Virus record (IMG/VR): IMGVR_UViG_2974779332_000001 | Span: 69,091-133,090 of that record | Length of the DNA stretch: 64,000 nucleotides | DNA from: a virus | Taxonomy: Duplodnaviria; Caudoviricetes | Direction: 5' to 3' (one strand) | Shown: positions 1 through 8,938 of the stretch, piece after piece | How positions within the stretch are numbered: the stretch's first letter is position 1 | How the letters are laid out: every line of letters begins with the position of its first letter | The notes under the pieces: model-generated | Seen by the model: only the letters and a program-made list of their open reading frames with translations | What the model was told of the DNA's origin: nothing | Database searches by the model: none | Translations under genes and position numbers: made by a program

Positions 1-20
1 CTGGCGACAACATCGACATT

Positions 21-1469
21 TTGAATATCGCCATCAACGCAGCACAGGCCAATAACGTTTTCTTCAAGGGCTTCAAGAGCCGCATTGATGGCTCCCCATG
101 GTTTGCAGGAAAGTATACCACTAAGTCTGGTCACATCGCCTTTGATAAAAACGTCAACGTCTACTCAGGACACTCAGAGCGTGAAGCCTGGGAGGGTTAC
201 AACCTCATCTACGTGGTACTTGACGAGATTTCAGGTTTTGCGCTAGACTCCACATCAGGCAACGAACAGGCCAAGACGGCTGATGCCGTCTATAAGATGT
301 ATCGAGCATCTGTGGACTCTCGTTTTCCAAGTGAAGGTAAGGTAGTTCTTCTATCATTCCCTCGCTTCAAGAACGACTTTATTTCACAGAGATATGACGC
401 GGTAGTTGCTGAAAAGCAAGTCATCGAACGTAGTCATACATTCAAGCTGGACCCTGACCTACCAGATGACATTGAAGCAAACAAGTTCATGATTAAGTGG
501 GAAGAGGACCACATTATCTCTTACCACATTCCTCGTGTATTTGCTTTGAAGCGTCCAACCTGGGAAGTTAATCCAACTCGTAAGATTGAAGACTTTACTA
601 CTGCATTCTTTACTGACCCTATAGATGCATCAACGCGTTTTGCCTGCATGGCCCCAGACGCCATTGATGCTTTCTTCAAGGACAGAGAGAAGGTAGAGGC
701 TTCATTTGTCAGACCTAATGGTGTTGACGAGGATGGCTCTTATCGTGCAGACTTTACACCAAAGGAAGGCACGCGCTACTATATTCACGTGGACCTTGCG
801 CAGAAGCATGACCACTGTGCTGTGGCACTAGCCCATGTTGAGAAGTTTGTCCAAAAGAAAATCGGCGGGCAACTCAATGAGGTATTGCCATTTGTTGTAG
901 TGGATGCTGTACGTTGGTGGACACCAAAGCCCGGTAAGGATGTTGACTTTGCCGATGTAAGAGAGTATATTACAGGATTGAAGCGTAGAGGCTTCGACCT
1001 GAGACTAGTCACCTTTGACCGCTGGAACTCTAATGACCAGATGAAGTATCTGCGAGGAGTCGGTATTAATTCCGAGGTTCTTTCAGTGGCAAAGAAGCAC
1101 TATGAAGATTTGAGCTGGGTAGTCTATGACCAGAGACTTATTGGTCCAGACGTTCCATTGCTCAGGAAAGAATTGCTCCAGCTACGTATTATGCCAAATG
1201 ACAAGATTGACCACCCAAGGTCAGGCTCTAAGGACTTGGCAGACGCTACGTGTGGCGCAGTTCACAACGCAATCACATATACACCACGCGATGATTACGG
1301 TACCATTGAGGTACAGACGTATGAGTCAATCAGGCGGGCAGAGATTGAGGCCGAGCGTGAAGAACTTGACAGCATGCGTGAGCGTGATAATGTGATTGAA
1401 GCACCTCGTGAGAAGCGTGTGATGCCAGATGAGCTAGCAGATTTCCTCACGAAGCTAGAAATTATTTGA
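21..1469 (+). CDS. terL: Terminase large subunit, 5'-truncated by the window edge
   Basis: Walker B-like VVLDE and VLLSFPR coupling motif; C-terminal RNase H-like nuclease motifs YYIHVDLA, VTFDRWNS and SKDLADA; the frame is open to the window start. Confidence 0.9.
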   Translation: MNIAINAAQANNVFFKGFKSRIDGSPWFAGKYTTKSGHIAFDKNVNVYSGHSEREAWEGYNLIYVVLDEISGFALDSTSGNEQAKTADAVYKMYRASVDSRFPSEGKVVLLSFPRFKNDFISQRYDAVVAEKQVIERSHTFKLDPDLPDDIEANKFMIKWEEDHIISYHIPRVFALKRPTWEVNPTRKIEDFTTAFFTDPIDASTRFACMAPDAIDAFFKDREKVEASFVRPNGVDEDGSYRADFTPKEGTRYYIHVDLAQKHDHCAVALAHVEKFVQKKIGGQLNEVLPFVVVDAVRWWTPKPGKDVDFADVREYITGLKRRGFDLRLVTFDRWNSNDQMKYLRGVGINSEVLSVAKKHYEDLSWVVYDQRLIGPDVPLLRKELLQLRIMPNDKIDHPRSGSKDLADATCGAVHNAITYTPRDDYGTIEVQTYESIRRAEIEAEREELDSMRERDNVIEAPREKRVMPDELADFLTKLEII

Positions 1470-1482
1470 CCGGAGGTATGCC

Positions 1483-2013
1483 ATGTTACAACGTAAGCCA
1501 AAGGGTATTTCAAGAGCGGAAATCTCTGAGATACTGGCGAAGCGTGATGGCTACAAGTGTCAGTTCCCAGGCTGTGACCTTCCATTCGTGAAGGATAACG
1601 GACCTACCATCGACCACTGGATTCCTTTGAGCGGTGGAGGTACATGGGCTCTTGATAACTTGAAGCTAATGCACAAGAAGTGCAACTCAGCCAAGGGTGA
1701 TAGAATGCCACTTGACGACGGTTCACTTCCTGTGATAGAAAAGAAGCCGAGGCAAAGCAGGGCTGTGAAGCGCAGCGAACGCCCGGTAGTCTGTGAGCAG
1801 TGTCAGTCTGGTAGACTGTTGAATGTTGATGAGGAATGTGAGGTCTGTGGAAGTGGACCCATGCCACCAAATTACCCTCAATGGTCTAAGGTCAAGCCAA
1901 ACGAATGTACACACGAAGGCATCTGGTGGTGCTGGGCATGTATGAGCGGTGTGGTTGACAGGGTGCCTGCTAGCAGGATAGTATTTGATGGAGGAGAGCC
2001 GGGGATAGACTAG
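1483..2013 (+). CDS. HNH endonuclease with C-terminal Cys-rich Zn-binding region, next to terminase
   Basis: RDGYKCQ...TIDHWIPLSGGG...NLKLMHKKCNSAKG; GGAGG RBS. Confidence 0.85.
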   Translation: MLQRKPKGISRAEISEILAKRDGYKCQFPGCDLPFVKDNGPTIDHWIPLSGGGTWALDNLKLMHKKCNSAKGDRMPLDDGSLPVIEKKPRQSRAVKRSERPVVCEQCQSGRLLNVDEECEVCGSGPMPPNYPQWSKVKPNECTHEGIWWCWACMSGVVDRVPASRIVFDGGEPGID

Positions 2014-2040
2014 TCCCCGGCACCTCCAAAAAGGAGAGTA

Positions 2041-2643
2041 ATGACTGACGTAGATATTGTTTTGATTGTTGACCGCTCTGGTAGTATGGCTACTATCCAG
2101 ATGGAGGCGGAGACAGCAATCAATCAGTTCCTCAAAGACCAGAAGGCCGTTGAGGGCGACGTGTTCGTTACTTTCGTGCAATTCGACAACAAGTATGACC
2201 TGGTATTCGAGAAGGTAAACCTTCCGAACATCCCTAGAGTTCAGATTGAGCCTCGTGGTATGACAGCTCTGCTTGACGCAATCGGTCGAACCGTAGTAAA
2301 CTATGTACCACGAACTGAGAAGACTATCTTCGTCATCATGACTGATGGCCTTGAGAATGCTTCTCAGGAATGGACTAACACTGCGGTGAAGAACCTGATT
2401 GACGAGGAGAAGCAGCACGGAAGTGAGTTTGTCTATCTTGGTGCAAACCAAGATGCGGTGGCAGTAGGTGCTAAGATGGGGATTCCTGTCGCGAGCAGCC
2501 TCACCTTCGCAGCGGACAAGGCAGGACTTGACGCAGTGTCTCGCAGCATGACAAGCTATGTAACAGCGACTCGCTCTGGACTCGCATACGAGTTCACTGA
2601 TGAGGACCGCAAGAACGCCACAGGCTTGACAGACAGCGAGTGA
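2041..2643 (+). CDS. Stand-alone von Willebrand factor A (vWA) domain protein
   Basis: MIDAS motif DRSGSM, T in GMTALLDA, IMTDG, YLGAN. Confidence 0.85.
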   Translation: MTDVDIVLIVDRSGSMATIQMEAETAINQFLKDQKAVEGDVFVTFVQFDNKYDLVFEKVNLPNIPRVQIEPRGMTALLDAIGRTVVNYVPRTEKTIFVIMTDGLENASQEWTNTAVKNLIDEEKQHGSEFVYLGANQDAVAVGAKMGIPVASSLTFAADKAGLDAVSRSMTSYVTATRSGLAYEFTDEDRKNATGLTDSE

Positions 2644-2654
2644 GCTGCTAAAGT
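2626..2654 (+). promoter_or_regulatory. sigma70/HrdB-type promoter; predicted +1 at about 2661, the start of Y-like RNA 1
   Basis: TTGACA-17 nt-TAAAGT. Confidence 0.7.
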
Positions 2655-2660
2655 AGTAAA

Positions 2661-2744
2661 TGTGGGTCGAACGAAGGTTGGTTATCTTTCAAATGGTGAA
2701 TACGCTCCGATAGGGGCTCTCCGACTTTCAAACACTTATCCACA
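2661..2744 (+). ncRNA. Y-RNA-like RNA, copy 1 (short)
   Basis: 5' TGTGGGT(C)GA pairs with 3' TTATCCACA leaving a bulged C; inner stem GAAGGTTGG/CCGACTTTC; GGTTATC motif shared with copies 2 and 3; Ro60 is in the same genome. Confidence 0.7.
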
Positions 2745-2748
2745 AAAT

Positions 2749-2819
2749 GCATCGGTAGTTTAATGGTAGAACGAGAGACTTCCAATCTTTCGGCGCGGGT
2801 TCGATTCCCGCTCGGTGCT
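2749..2819 (+). tRNA. tRNA-Gly(TCC)
   Basis: Cloverleaf; anticodon loop CTTCCAA; T loop TTCGATT. Confidence 0.9.
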
Positions 2820-2824
2820 CTCTA

Positions 2825-2895
2825 TCCCGTATTGTGTAATGGTAGCACAAAGGTCTCTGAAGCCTTTAGTCTTAGTTCGAATCTAGGTGCGGGAG
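2825..2895 (+). tRNA. tRNA-Gln(CTG)
   Basis: Acceptor TCCCGTA/TGCGGGA; loop CTCTGAA. Confidence 0.9.
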
Positions 2896-3064
2896 CTGGT
2901 CCGACTTTACGATATCGGCGGAAATAACTGAATCGGAACTCACATAATAACCATGGTAAAAGTGAGGAATGAGGAAGGGAAATATGCGGGAAGCGATGGG
3001 TAAAACCTCCTCGGACCGACAACGGGGTTTCTGGATGCTCTTTCCCAAGAATAAGATGCACCAT

Positions 3065-3135
3065 ATGTCCTTCGTATAATGGTAGTACAAGAGATTCCAA
3101 ACCTCTTAGCGTGGGTTCGATTCCTACAGGACATG
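3065..3135 (+). tRNA. tRNA-Trp(CCA)
   Basis: ATGTCCT/AGGACAT; loop TTCCAAA. Confidence 0.85.
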
Positions 3136-3340
3136 CTTTGATGAGTCTCGCCTTAGCAGGCATGAACGATAGTGTTCAGCATAAACTATCAAGTAAGCCC
3201 AAGAGACAAACTGAAAGGGGTAACCCATGCTGAGGGTTCCTGATTAAGGAGTAGGGGATAAGGTCCCAAACAGTGTCAAAACCATTTAAAAAACGCCCGG
3301 TATCGAAAAGGTACCGGGCACAATAATATCCGGAGGAAAT

Positions 3341-3784
3341 ATGGGATACTACACAGACTTCACTCTAAGAGCGGAAGGCCGTGGAGCTGTCTATGACAAG
3401 ATGATGAGAGACAGGTCCAAGATTACATTCTCCTATAGCAACTACGACTTTACCCTCGGAGACTGGCTTGACAGAGACTACTCTGAGAACCTAAAGTGGT
3501 ATGAATGGGAGAAGGACATGAAGCAGCTCTCAAAGGAGTGGCCAAACGTCCTATTTATTCTTGATGGAGATGGCGAAGAGACTGGTGACCTCTGGAGAGC
3601 ATGGTTTCGAAATGGTGCCATGTACAAGCTTGAGGCAAAGATTGTTTTCGAGACAATCAAGCCAGATTTGGACAAGCATCTTCCATATGACCATGACCTT
3701 GACAAGCGTCTCGGTGAGCAGTACAAGGAAGAACTCAAAGACGAGATTGCCAGATTGCAGAAGCAGCTTGACTCACTAGACTGA
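3341..3784 (+). CDS. Hypothetical phage protein
   Basis: GGAGG RBS; 147 aa; MGYYTDF...KWYEWE...GEETGDLWR pattern. Confidence 0.7.
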   Translation: MGYYTDFTLRAEGRGAVYDKMMRDRSKITFSYSNYDFTLGDWLDRDYSENLKWYEWEKDMKQLSKEWPNVLFILDGDGEETGDLWRAWFRNGAMYKLEAKIVFETIKPDLDKHLPYDHDLDKRLGEQYKEELKDEIARLQKQLDSLD

Positions 3785-4009
3785 GAGGTGTAGGGTGGCT
3801 CTTACAGGCACAAACGGACAGTGTTGGTTCCAAAGATGTTCTCGCAAGGCGACAACGACAATTCGGTATTACAACAAGTCAGTTGTCGTCTGTAATGGAC
3901 ACAAGAACCTTGATGGTGTAGGCTGTCCTTCAAGTAGGCGGAGACCAAAGAGTTGACACTACTCAGAGGGTCTGCTAAGATTAAGTACAACGGCAGGGAA
4001 ACCTGCTAT

Positions 4010-4081
4010 CAGGCTCGGGGAAGATGGTAATCCGTTGGCTTTGGAAGCCTAAGACACTCGGTTCGATTCCGAGGGGCCTGA
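4010..4081 (+). tRNA. tRNA-Pro(TGG)
   Basis: CAGGCTC/GGGCCTG; loop TTTGGAA; canonical T arm; TTGACA promoter at about 3953. Confidence 0.8.
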
Positions 4082-4212
4082 CCGAACATAGGAGGCATCC
4101 TATGCGTCTTGCGGCGGTGAATGTAGGAACCACAGGTTATGCAGCCAAGGTGGTCAAGGTTCGACTCCTTGCATCGAGCGTACTGGGGCTGATACGATAA
4201 CTCAGCATTTAA

Positions 4213-4287
4213 CGGGATATAGCTCAGCTTGGTCAGAGCGCGCGGTTTGGGACCGTGAAGTCGTCAGTTCGAATCTGACTATCCCGA
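4213..4287 (+). tRNA. tRNA-Pro(TGG), second copy
   Basis: CGGGATA/TATCCCG; loop TTTGGGA. Confidence 0.92.
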
Positions 4288-4290
4288 CAA

Positions 4291-4439
4291 TTTGGGTCGA
4301 AAGAGATACGGTTATCTAACAATGGATAATAGGTTCGATTCCTATCGGTGGGTATAGCCCGCTGTGTAAGGCCATCCGAGATGCGTGTGGTAGGATGGCA
4401 TTGGAACTACACGCTCTCCGTTCTCATCACTTATCCAAA
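4291..4439 (+). ncRNA. Y-RNA-like RNA, copy 2 (long, with T arm)
   Basis: TTTGGGT(C)GA/TTATCCAAA bulged-C stem; GAGATACGG/CCGTTCTC; GGTTATC; T arm TAGGTTCGATTCCTA. Confidence 0.75.
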
Positions 4440-4449
4440 GGATTTAATC

Positions 4450-4971
4450 ATGACGGTACTTCTAAGAACCATTCATGGTTCACACCTTTACGGTCTCGCT
4501 CATGCAGGGTCTGATAAAGACATCTACGAAGTCATTGCGACTAAGCGTACGAAGCGTAAGCGAAACATCAAGCAGACCATTGCAAATGGTGTTGACAAGA
4601 CTACAGTTGACCTGTCAACATTCATGCATATGGTTGACGAATGCGTACCTCAAGCACTTGAAGCGCTATGGACGCCGGTTGCAGAAATTGATGAAATCAA
4701 TTCCTTCCGGACACAATATCGAGTGAATCGCGCCAAGATGAAGGAAGTATACATTCGAACCGCTCTAAACTTCGCCAAGCATGATGATGTAAAGCGTAAG
4801 CGTCACGCTATCCGTTTGCTTCTCAATCTTGGAGCAGCTTTGGAATACGGTAAGTTCAATCCCAGACTATCCAATATGGACAAGTTCATTCTCCGCTCAT
4901 CACTCGGAGAAACGGGAGCTTATGAGGATGTCTTTCTAGGCGTTCTCGATGAAGTGCAAAAGTGGGTCTGA
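4450..4971 (+). CDS. Pol-beta superfamily nucleotidyltransferase (RlaP-like)
   Basis: hGS-x-YG...SDxD motif (HGSHLYGLAHAGSDKD); start moved to ATG 4450 because the upstream in-frame sequence is RNA. Confidence 0.75.
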   Translation: MTVLLRTIHGSHLYGLAHAGSDKDIYEVIATKRTKRKRNIKQTIANGVDKTTVDLSTFMHMVDECVPQALEALWTPVAEIDEINSFRTQYRVNRAKMKEVYIRTALNFAKHDDVKRKRHAIRLLLNLGAALEYGKFNPRLSNMDKFILRSSLGETGAYEDVFLGVLDEVQKWV

Positions 4972-5060
4972 CGGCTCACGCCAATGGGGCGTATACCCTC
5001 ACTCTGATAAAGTGTAGAAAGGTTAATCGGTTACATGTGGGTTCAATTCCCACCGTCCCA
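4968..5060 (+). tRNA. Atypical tRNA-Ile(GAT)-like gene
   Basis: D-like arm ACGCC-AATG-GGCGT; loop CTGATAA in CACT/AGTG; about 20-nt variable region; T arm GTGGGTTCAATTCCCAC; irregular acceptor. Confidence 0.5.
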
Positions 5061-5101
5061 ACTGGCTCTCTGTGGAGAGCATTCCTAGAAACAACAATAA
5101 T

Positions 5102-6919
5102 ATGGTAGATTTCGACAAGAGACATTCCAAAGAGATTGTGAAACGCCCTGACTCAGACCTGGAACCCTCCAGGTCTTTTCGGTCTTCCGAGCAGGGTGTA
5201 TTTTTGCATGTCAAAAAGGGAATGAAGATAACCACTAAGGCCATTCTGGATTGGGTCTACCTGAATGACTATAAAGAGGAGATTGCTAAGGCTAGAACAG
5301 AAGGCAATCTCGAAAAGGCCCGGAAGTTGAAGATAGAGCAAGAGAAGCGTAGTGAACCAAGACGTAAGAGGTTCTACTCTACCCTTGCTGTACTAATTGC
5401 ACTTATTGGTTGGGCCTATGTTACATGGGCCATTGTTCCAATTGTTGTGGTGTTGGTTGTGAGCCTCCTTGCCATGTGGTTTGTAGGTAGCGGCGTCAAG
5501 CCTCAGCAGCTCGTATCAGCAATTACCGGAAAGGAGGAAGAGGAGCTAGACCCAATGGAGCCTTTTCCAATTTCCGATGCACGCAACAGAGACGAGGCTC
5601 AGGAATGCTTGAGGAGAGCCCTTCTTGCTGAGGGAATCACTCCCAGGGTTATCTTGGAACCAACTCGTTACAATTGGGGTTGGGAAATCCCGGTAGTTCT
5701 GAGAAAGGGAACTCCTGATGATGTAATGTCTAAGGCTAAGAAGATGGAGACACTACTAAGACTTCCTACTGATGGAATGCTAGTAGCTGCTACTCGATTC
5801 CGGGCCGAAGTAATTATTCGTCTCATGCAGACCGACCCATTTGCCGACATGAGAAACGAACCAAGGGCTGAACCACTCTCACGTTCAATCAAGAAGAAGT
5901 ACAAGATTGCACAGAGAATGGATGGTCAGTCCCTTGAAATCAGCTTGCTGAGAAATCACGCAGTTGTTATTGCAGCGCCTGGTGGTGGAAAGTCTATGTT
6001 CATGCGTAAGCTAGCAGACATCACCACTAGCTGTAGAGATTGTGTAACCTGGGACATTGACCCTGGTGGCAATGGACTCGAAGTCTTCGGAAGTGCTATC
6101 GCAAGGCGTGGTAGGACAGAAGAGGAAATTGAAGAAATGCTAACCGAGGCTCTAGAGTACACCAAGATTCGTGCAAAGAAGCTGACGAAGCTTCGCATGG
6201 GTGACAACTGGCAGCCAAGCAAGGAACATCCTGCTCTTATCATCTTCATTGATGAGTTTATTCAGCTAAACAAGAAGTGCAAGGAACTGGCCATTGACAT
6301 TATCCGCAATGGACGTAAGTCTGCTATTACTGTTGTGCTAGCTGCGCAGCAGGCTACAAAGGACCAACTTGGTGCCGCCATTGCAGATGCAGTGTCTATC
6401 AAGGTTATGTTTGCTTCTCGTCACGCTGACGTACCTCTAGTATTCGGAGAGGGTATGTTGTCCCAGGGCTGGAGACCTGATAAGCTACATCCAGCATCAG
6501 GTGAGGACGTGGAAGACGCTGGTAAGTGTTACATTTTGGGCGGTGGCTCAAGGGAACCTTATCTATACAAGGTAACTCCAATAGAACCTGATGAGGCTAT
6601 CGAGATGGGTGATGAGCGTGAAGCAGAGGGCATGCCCGAACTTGACAGTGATACCTACCTAGATGTTACAGTTACAGACACAACAGACAAGCGCCTCTTG
6701 GAGGACGTGCTTGACATCTTTGAGAACTTTGACGAGAATGACTGGCTTCCTGCCAGCATCTTGGTCAAGGAACTTAAGGGCTACGGTCACACCTTGACAG
6801 CTCGTCAGTTGCATGAGACTCTAGGAGATACCGGTCGAGAGAGCCGTATTTGGGAAGGGTCCAAGTACAAGGTGGCTGGTTACTTCCGAAAGAACATCGA
6901 AAAGCAATTGGAGAAGTAA
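5102..6919 (+). CDS. FtsK/SpoIIIE-family membrane DNA translocase resembling Streptomyces plasmid TraB
   Basis: Two TM helices; Walker A APGGGKS; Walker B LIIFIDE; GRKSAITVVLAAQ motif; possible C-terminal winged helix. Confidence 0.8.
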   Translation: MVDFDKRHSKEIVKRPDSDLEPSRSFRSSEQGVFLHVKKGMKITTKAILDWVYLNDYKEEIAKARTEGNLEKARKLKIEQEKRSEPRRKRFYSTLAVLIALIGWAYVTWAIVPIVVVLVVSLLAMWFVGSGVKPQQLVSAITGKEEEELDPMEPFPISDARNRDEAQECLRRALLAEGITPRVILEPTRYNWGWEIPVVLRKGTPDDVMSKAKKMETLLRLPTDGMLVAATRFRAEVIIRLMQTDPFADMRNEPRAEPLSRSIKKKYKIAQRMDGQSLEISLLRNHAVVIAAPGGGKSMFMRKLADITTSCRDCVTWDIDPGGNGLEVFGSAIARRGRTEEEIEEMLTEALEYTKIRAKKLTKLRMGDNWQPSKEHPALIIFIDEFIQLNKKCKELAIDIIRNGRKSAITVVLAAQQATKDQLGAAIADAVSIKVMFASRHADVPLVFGEGMLSQGWRPDKLHPASGEDVEDAGKCYILGGGSREPYLYKVTPIEPDEAIEMGDEREAEGMPELDSDTYLDVTVTDTTDKRLLEDVLDIFENFDENDWLPASILVKELKGYGHTLTARQLHETLGDTGRESRIWEGSKYKVAGYFRKNIEKQLEK

Positions 6920-6922
6920 AAC

Positions 6923-7138
6923 ATGTGGACAGCAGGTGTAATTTTCTACCTGGTTGTCTGTGCATATCTCTGTAAGAAGAAGGGCTGGCAGATTCATTAT
7001 CTCGCCTGGGGTGCCGTTGGTGGGCTTCTTCTAGCCACCATCGTTCCTACCCTCCCTGCACAGACAAAGACTACTATGGAAAACACTGCTCAGGTAGTCG
7101 TTTCCATCTTTAACAGCACGGGCATCGGGCAGGGTTGA
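6923..7138 (+). CDS. Small membrane protein following the translocase
   Basis: Two hydrophobic segments; starts 3 nt after the translocase stop. Confidence 0.6.
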   Translation: MWTAGVIFYLVVCAYLCKKKGWQIHYLAWGAVGGLLLATIVPTLPAQTKTTMENTAQVVVSIFNSTGIGQG

Positions 7139-7196
7139 CAGTAGCCCTGCTACGATGTAGCATAGATTTAAACCTAGCCCTTGTGGGGCTAGACGA

Positions 7197-7268
7197 GCGC
7201 CAGTAGCATAACGGTCGATGCAGCAGGCTTATATCCTGACGATAGAAGGTTCAATTCCTTCCTGGCGT
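7197..7268 (+). tRNA. tRNA-Ile(TAT)
   Basis: GCGCCAG/CTGGCGT; loop CTTATAT in CAGG/CCTG; T arm GAAGGTTCAATTCCTTC. Confidence 0.75.
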
Positions 7269-7649
7269 ACGCTATATCACTACAATTAGATGGAGCTAAA
7301 GTGGCTCTTTCCCATCCTGACGGTACTAAAATCGTCATTACCAGGGGCCAGTACAGGAACAAGCAAGGCACAGTTACCGTCGTCGGTAAGATTAAGCTGG
7401 TTGTTCTTGACGATGGCACTGAGCTTATGGCTGTTTCTGACGAAATGGCTCGGAAAGTACAGTGACATGGAAAGCAAGAAGTATCTCTCAGTAGGAGACA
7501 TTGTATTTGTTCTCCAGACTCGTGCGGAGGTTTACGACCTCGTAGATACAAATACTTCACTTCTAAAGGTACGTTTCCTTGAGGGACCGGCCCAAGGTGA
7601 AGTAAGTCTAGTAGTTCTTAAGCAGGTTGAGCGCGACTGAGCGCTCTTT

Positions 7650-7736
7650 GGAGAGTAAGCGATTGGCTAGCGGGCATCCTGGAAAGGTGCTAAGAGGTAT
7701 CCCCTCGGCTGGGTTCGATTCCCAGGCTTTCCTCCA
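7650..7736 (+). tRNA. tRNA-Ser(GGA)
   Basis: Loop CTGGAAA; long variable arm; encoded CCA. Confidence 0.85.
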
Positions 7737-7782
7737 ACTGTTCAATTTTGCATTAGGAATTGAACAGAGATATAATTCTGTC

Positions 7783-8202
7783 ATGAATACATTTAAGACA
7801 GATATTATTCGCCTTCGTGATGAGGGCAAAACGTACGCAGAAATTGTCAGTGAACTTGGATGTTCTAAGGGTACTGTTGCTTACTATTGCGGTGCAGACC
7901 AAAAGGCGAAAATGCTCTCGCGTCAAAGAGACAGAAGGAACAGAGTTCGTAAGTTTCTTCAAGAGCACAAGCAAGCCTCTGGCTGTGTCGATTGTAAGGA
8001 AATGTATCCTTACTGGATTCTTGAGCTTGACCATTGTCGCGGAGAAGCTAAGGTAGGAAATGTATCAGAGATGATAGGTAGCCATAGCTTTGAAGAGATT
8101 ATGAAAGAGGTCGAGAAGTGTGATGTTGTTTGTGCTAATTGCCACAGGCAGCGCACATGGGAACGTATGGTTAAATCCAGTGGAGAGGTTATCCTAGACT
8201 AG
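7783..8202 (+). CDS. HTH-HNH endonuclease (homing-type) in the tRNA region
   Basis: N-terminal HTH (TYAEIVSELGCSKGTVAYY); CVDC...LELDH...CDVVCANCHRQRT. Confidence 0.8.
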   Translation: MNTFKTDIIRLRDEGKTYAEIVSELGCSKGTVAYYCGADQKAKMLSRQRDRRNRVRKFLQEHKQASGCVDCKEMYPYWILELDHCRGEAKVGNVSEMIGSHSFEEIMKEVEKCDVVCANCHRQRTWERMVKSSGEVILD

Positions 8203-8218
8203 ACGCAGGAGGTGCAGA

Positions 8219-8437
8219 ATGATAATCTGTGGTGACACAGTTAAAGTAAAGCACGACCGTCCTAATGTGGACCCCGCCTATTATGGAAAGCGTGGTAGGA
8301 TTCATAAGAGGACTCGTATTCTTGGCGCTCTAGGTGCTGGGCAATACGAAATTATGTTCTTCGAAAGAGAACTCAATCACCCAATCGTGGGTGTTATGGG
8401 TGGCTTCAACGAAGATGACCTGGAAGTCGAACGCTGA
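8219..8437 (+). CDS. Hypothetical small protein (SH3/KOW-like pattern)
   Basis: GGAGG RBS; GDTVKV...GKRGRI. Confidence 0.5.
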   Translation: MIICGDTVKVKHDRPNVDPAYYGKRGRIHKRTRILGALGAGQYEIMFFERELNHPIVGVMGGFNEDDLEVER

Positions 8438-8446
8438 CTTCCCTAT

Positions 8447-8537
8447 GGAAGGTTAAGCCGAGTGAGGACTAACGGCAGCAGTCTTGAAAACTGTTTAGGT
8501 GTAAAAGCCTGTGTGGGTTCGAGCCCCACACCTTCCG
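8447..8537 (+). tRNA. tRNA-Ser(TGA)
   Basis: GGAAGGT/ACCTTCC; loop CTTGAAA; long variable arm. Confidence 0.85.
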
Positions 8538-8749
8538 CATGAGCCTAATTAAAAAGTATAAAGTAGGTGATAGGGTCGTTCTTACTGACGGAGAAGGTGT
8601 TGGTAATGTTGGCGACCTTGGTACAGTCTCACAGGTGAATTGGATTGCCAAGAAGCGATTTTGGTGGTACGGGGTAACTCTCGATAATCCGCCAAAGGGC
8701 AAGGCATCCAGTTACATGTTCAGGGACTATATGATTCGAAAGGCATAAG

Positions 8750-8938
8750 GTGCCCAAGAACAAGGAAGAACTACAACGACAGCTAAACGCTTTCAAGCAG
8801 GAGCTTAAGGATTATGAGGCTAAGCTTGAAAGGGCGAAGCAGACCAATAACAGAGACGACGTGGTGAATTATGCCATGACTGTTGCTGGTCTAAAGAACT
8901 CCATAAAGGAAATCGGCACTCAGTTGAGGTCAATGTGA
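8750..8938 (+). CDS. Hypothetical coiled-coil protein
   Basis: Heptad-rich 62-aa ORF coupled to the next gene. Confidence 0.5.
   Translation: MPKNKEELQRQLNAFKQELKDYEAKLERAKQTNNRDDVVNYAMTVAGLKNSIKEIGTQLRSM

Noticed and set aside
21-2013. Intron or intein in the terminase, with the adjacent HNH as its homing nuclease
   Set aside because: The terminase segment is continuous with no intein terminal motifs; the HNH has its own RBS after the stop
2736-2744. TTATCCACA as a DnaA box
   Set aside because: It is the 3' strand of the Y-like RNA stem and covaries in copy 2 (TTATCCAAA)
4104-4180. Possible tRNA-Ala(TGC)
   Set aside because: T arm is present, but acceptor, D and anticodon stems pair poorly; at most a degenerate remnant
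4348-4449. Extended N-termini in the ORF track (4348; likewise 7627, 19222, 26336)
   Set aside because: The upstream in-frame segments overlap tRNA or Y-like RNA genes; downstream ATGs fit better
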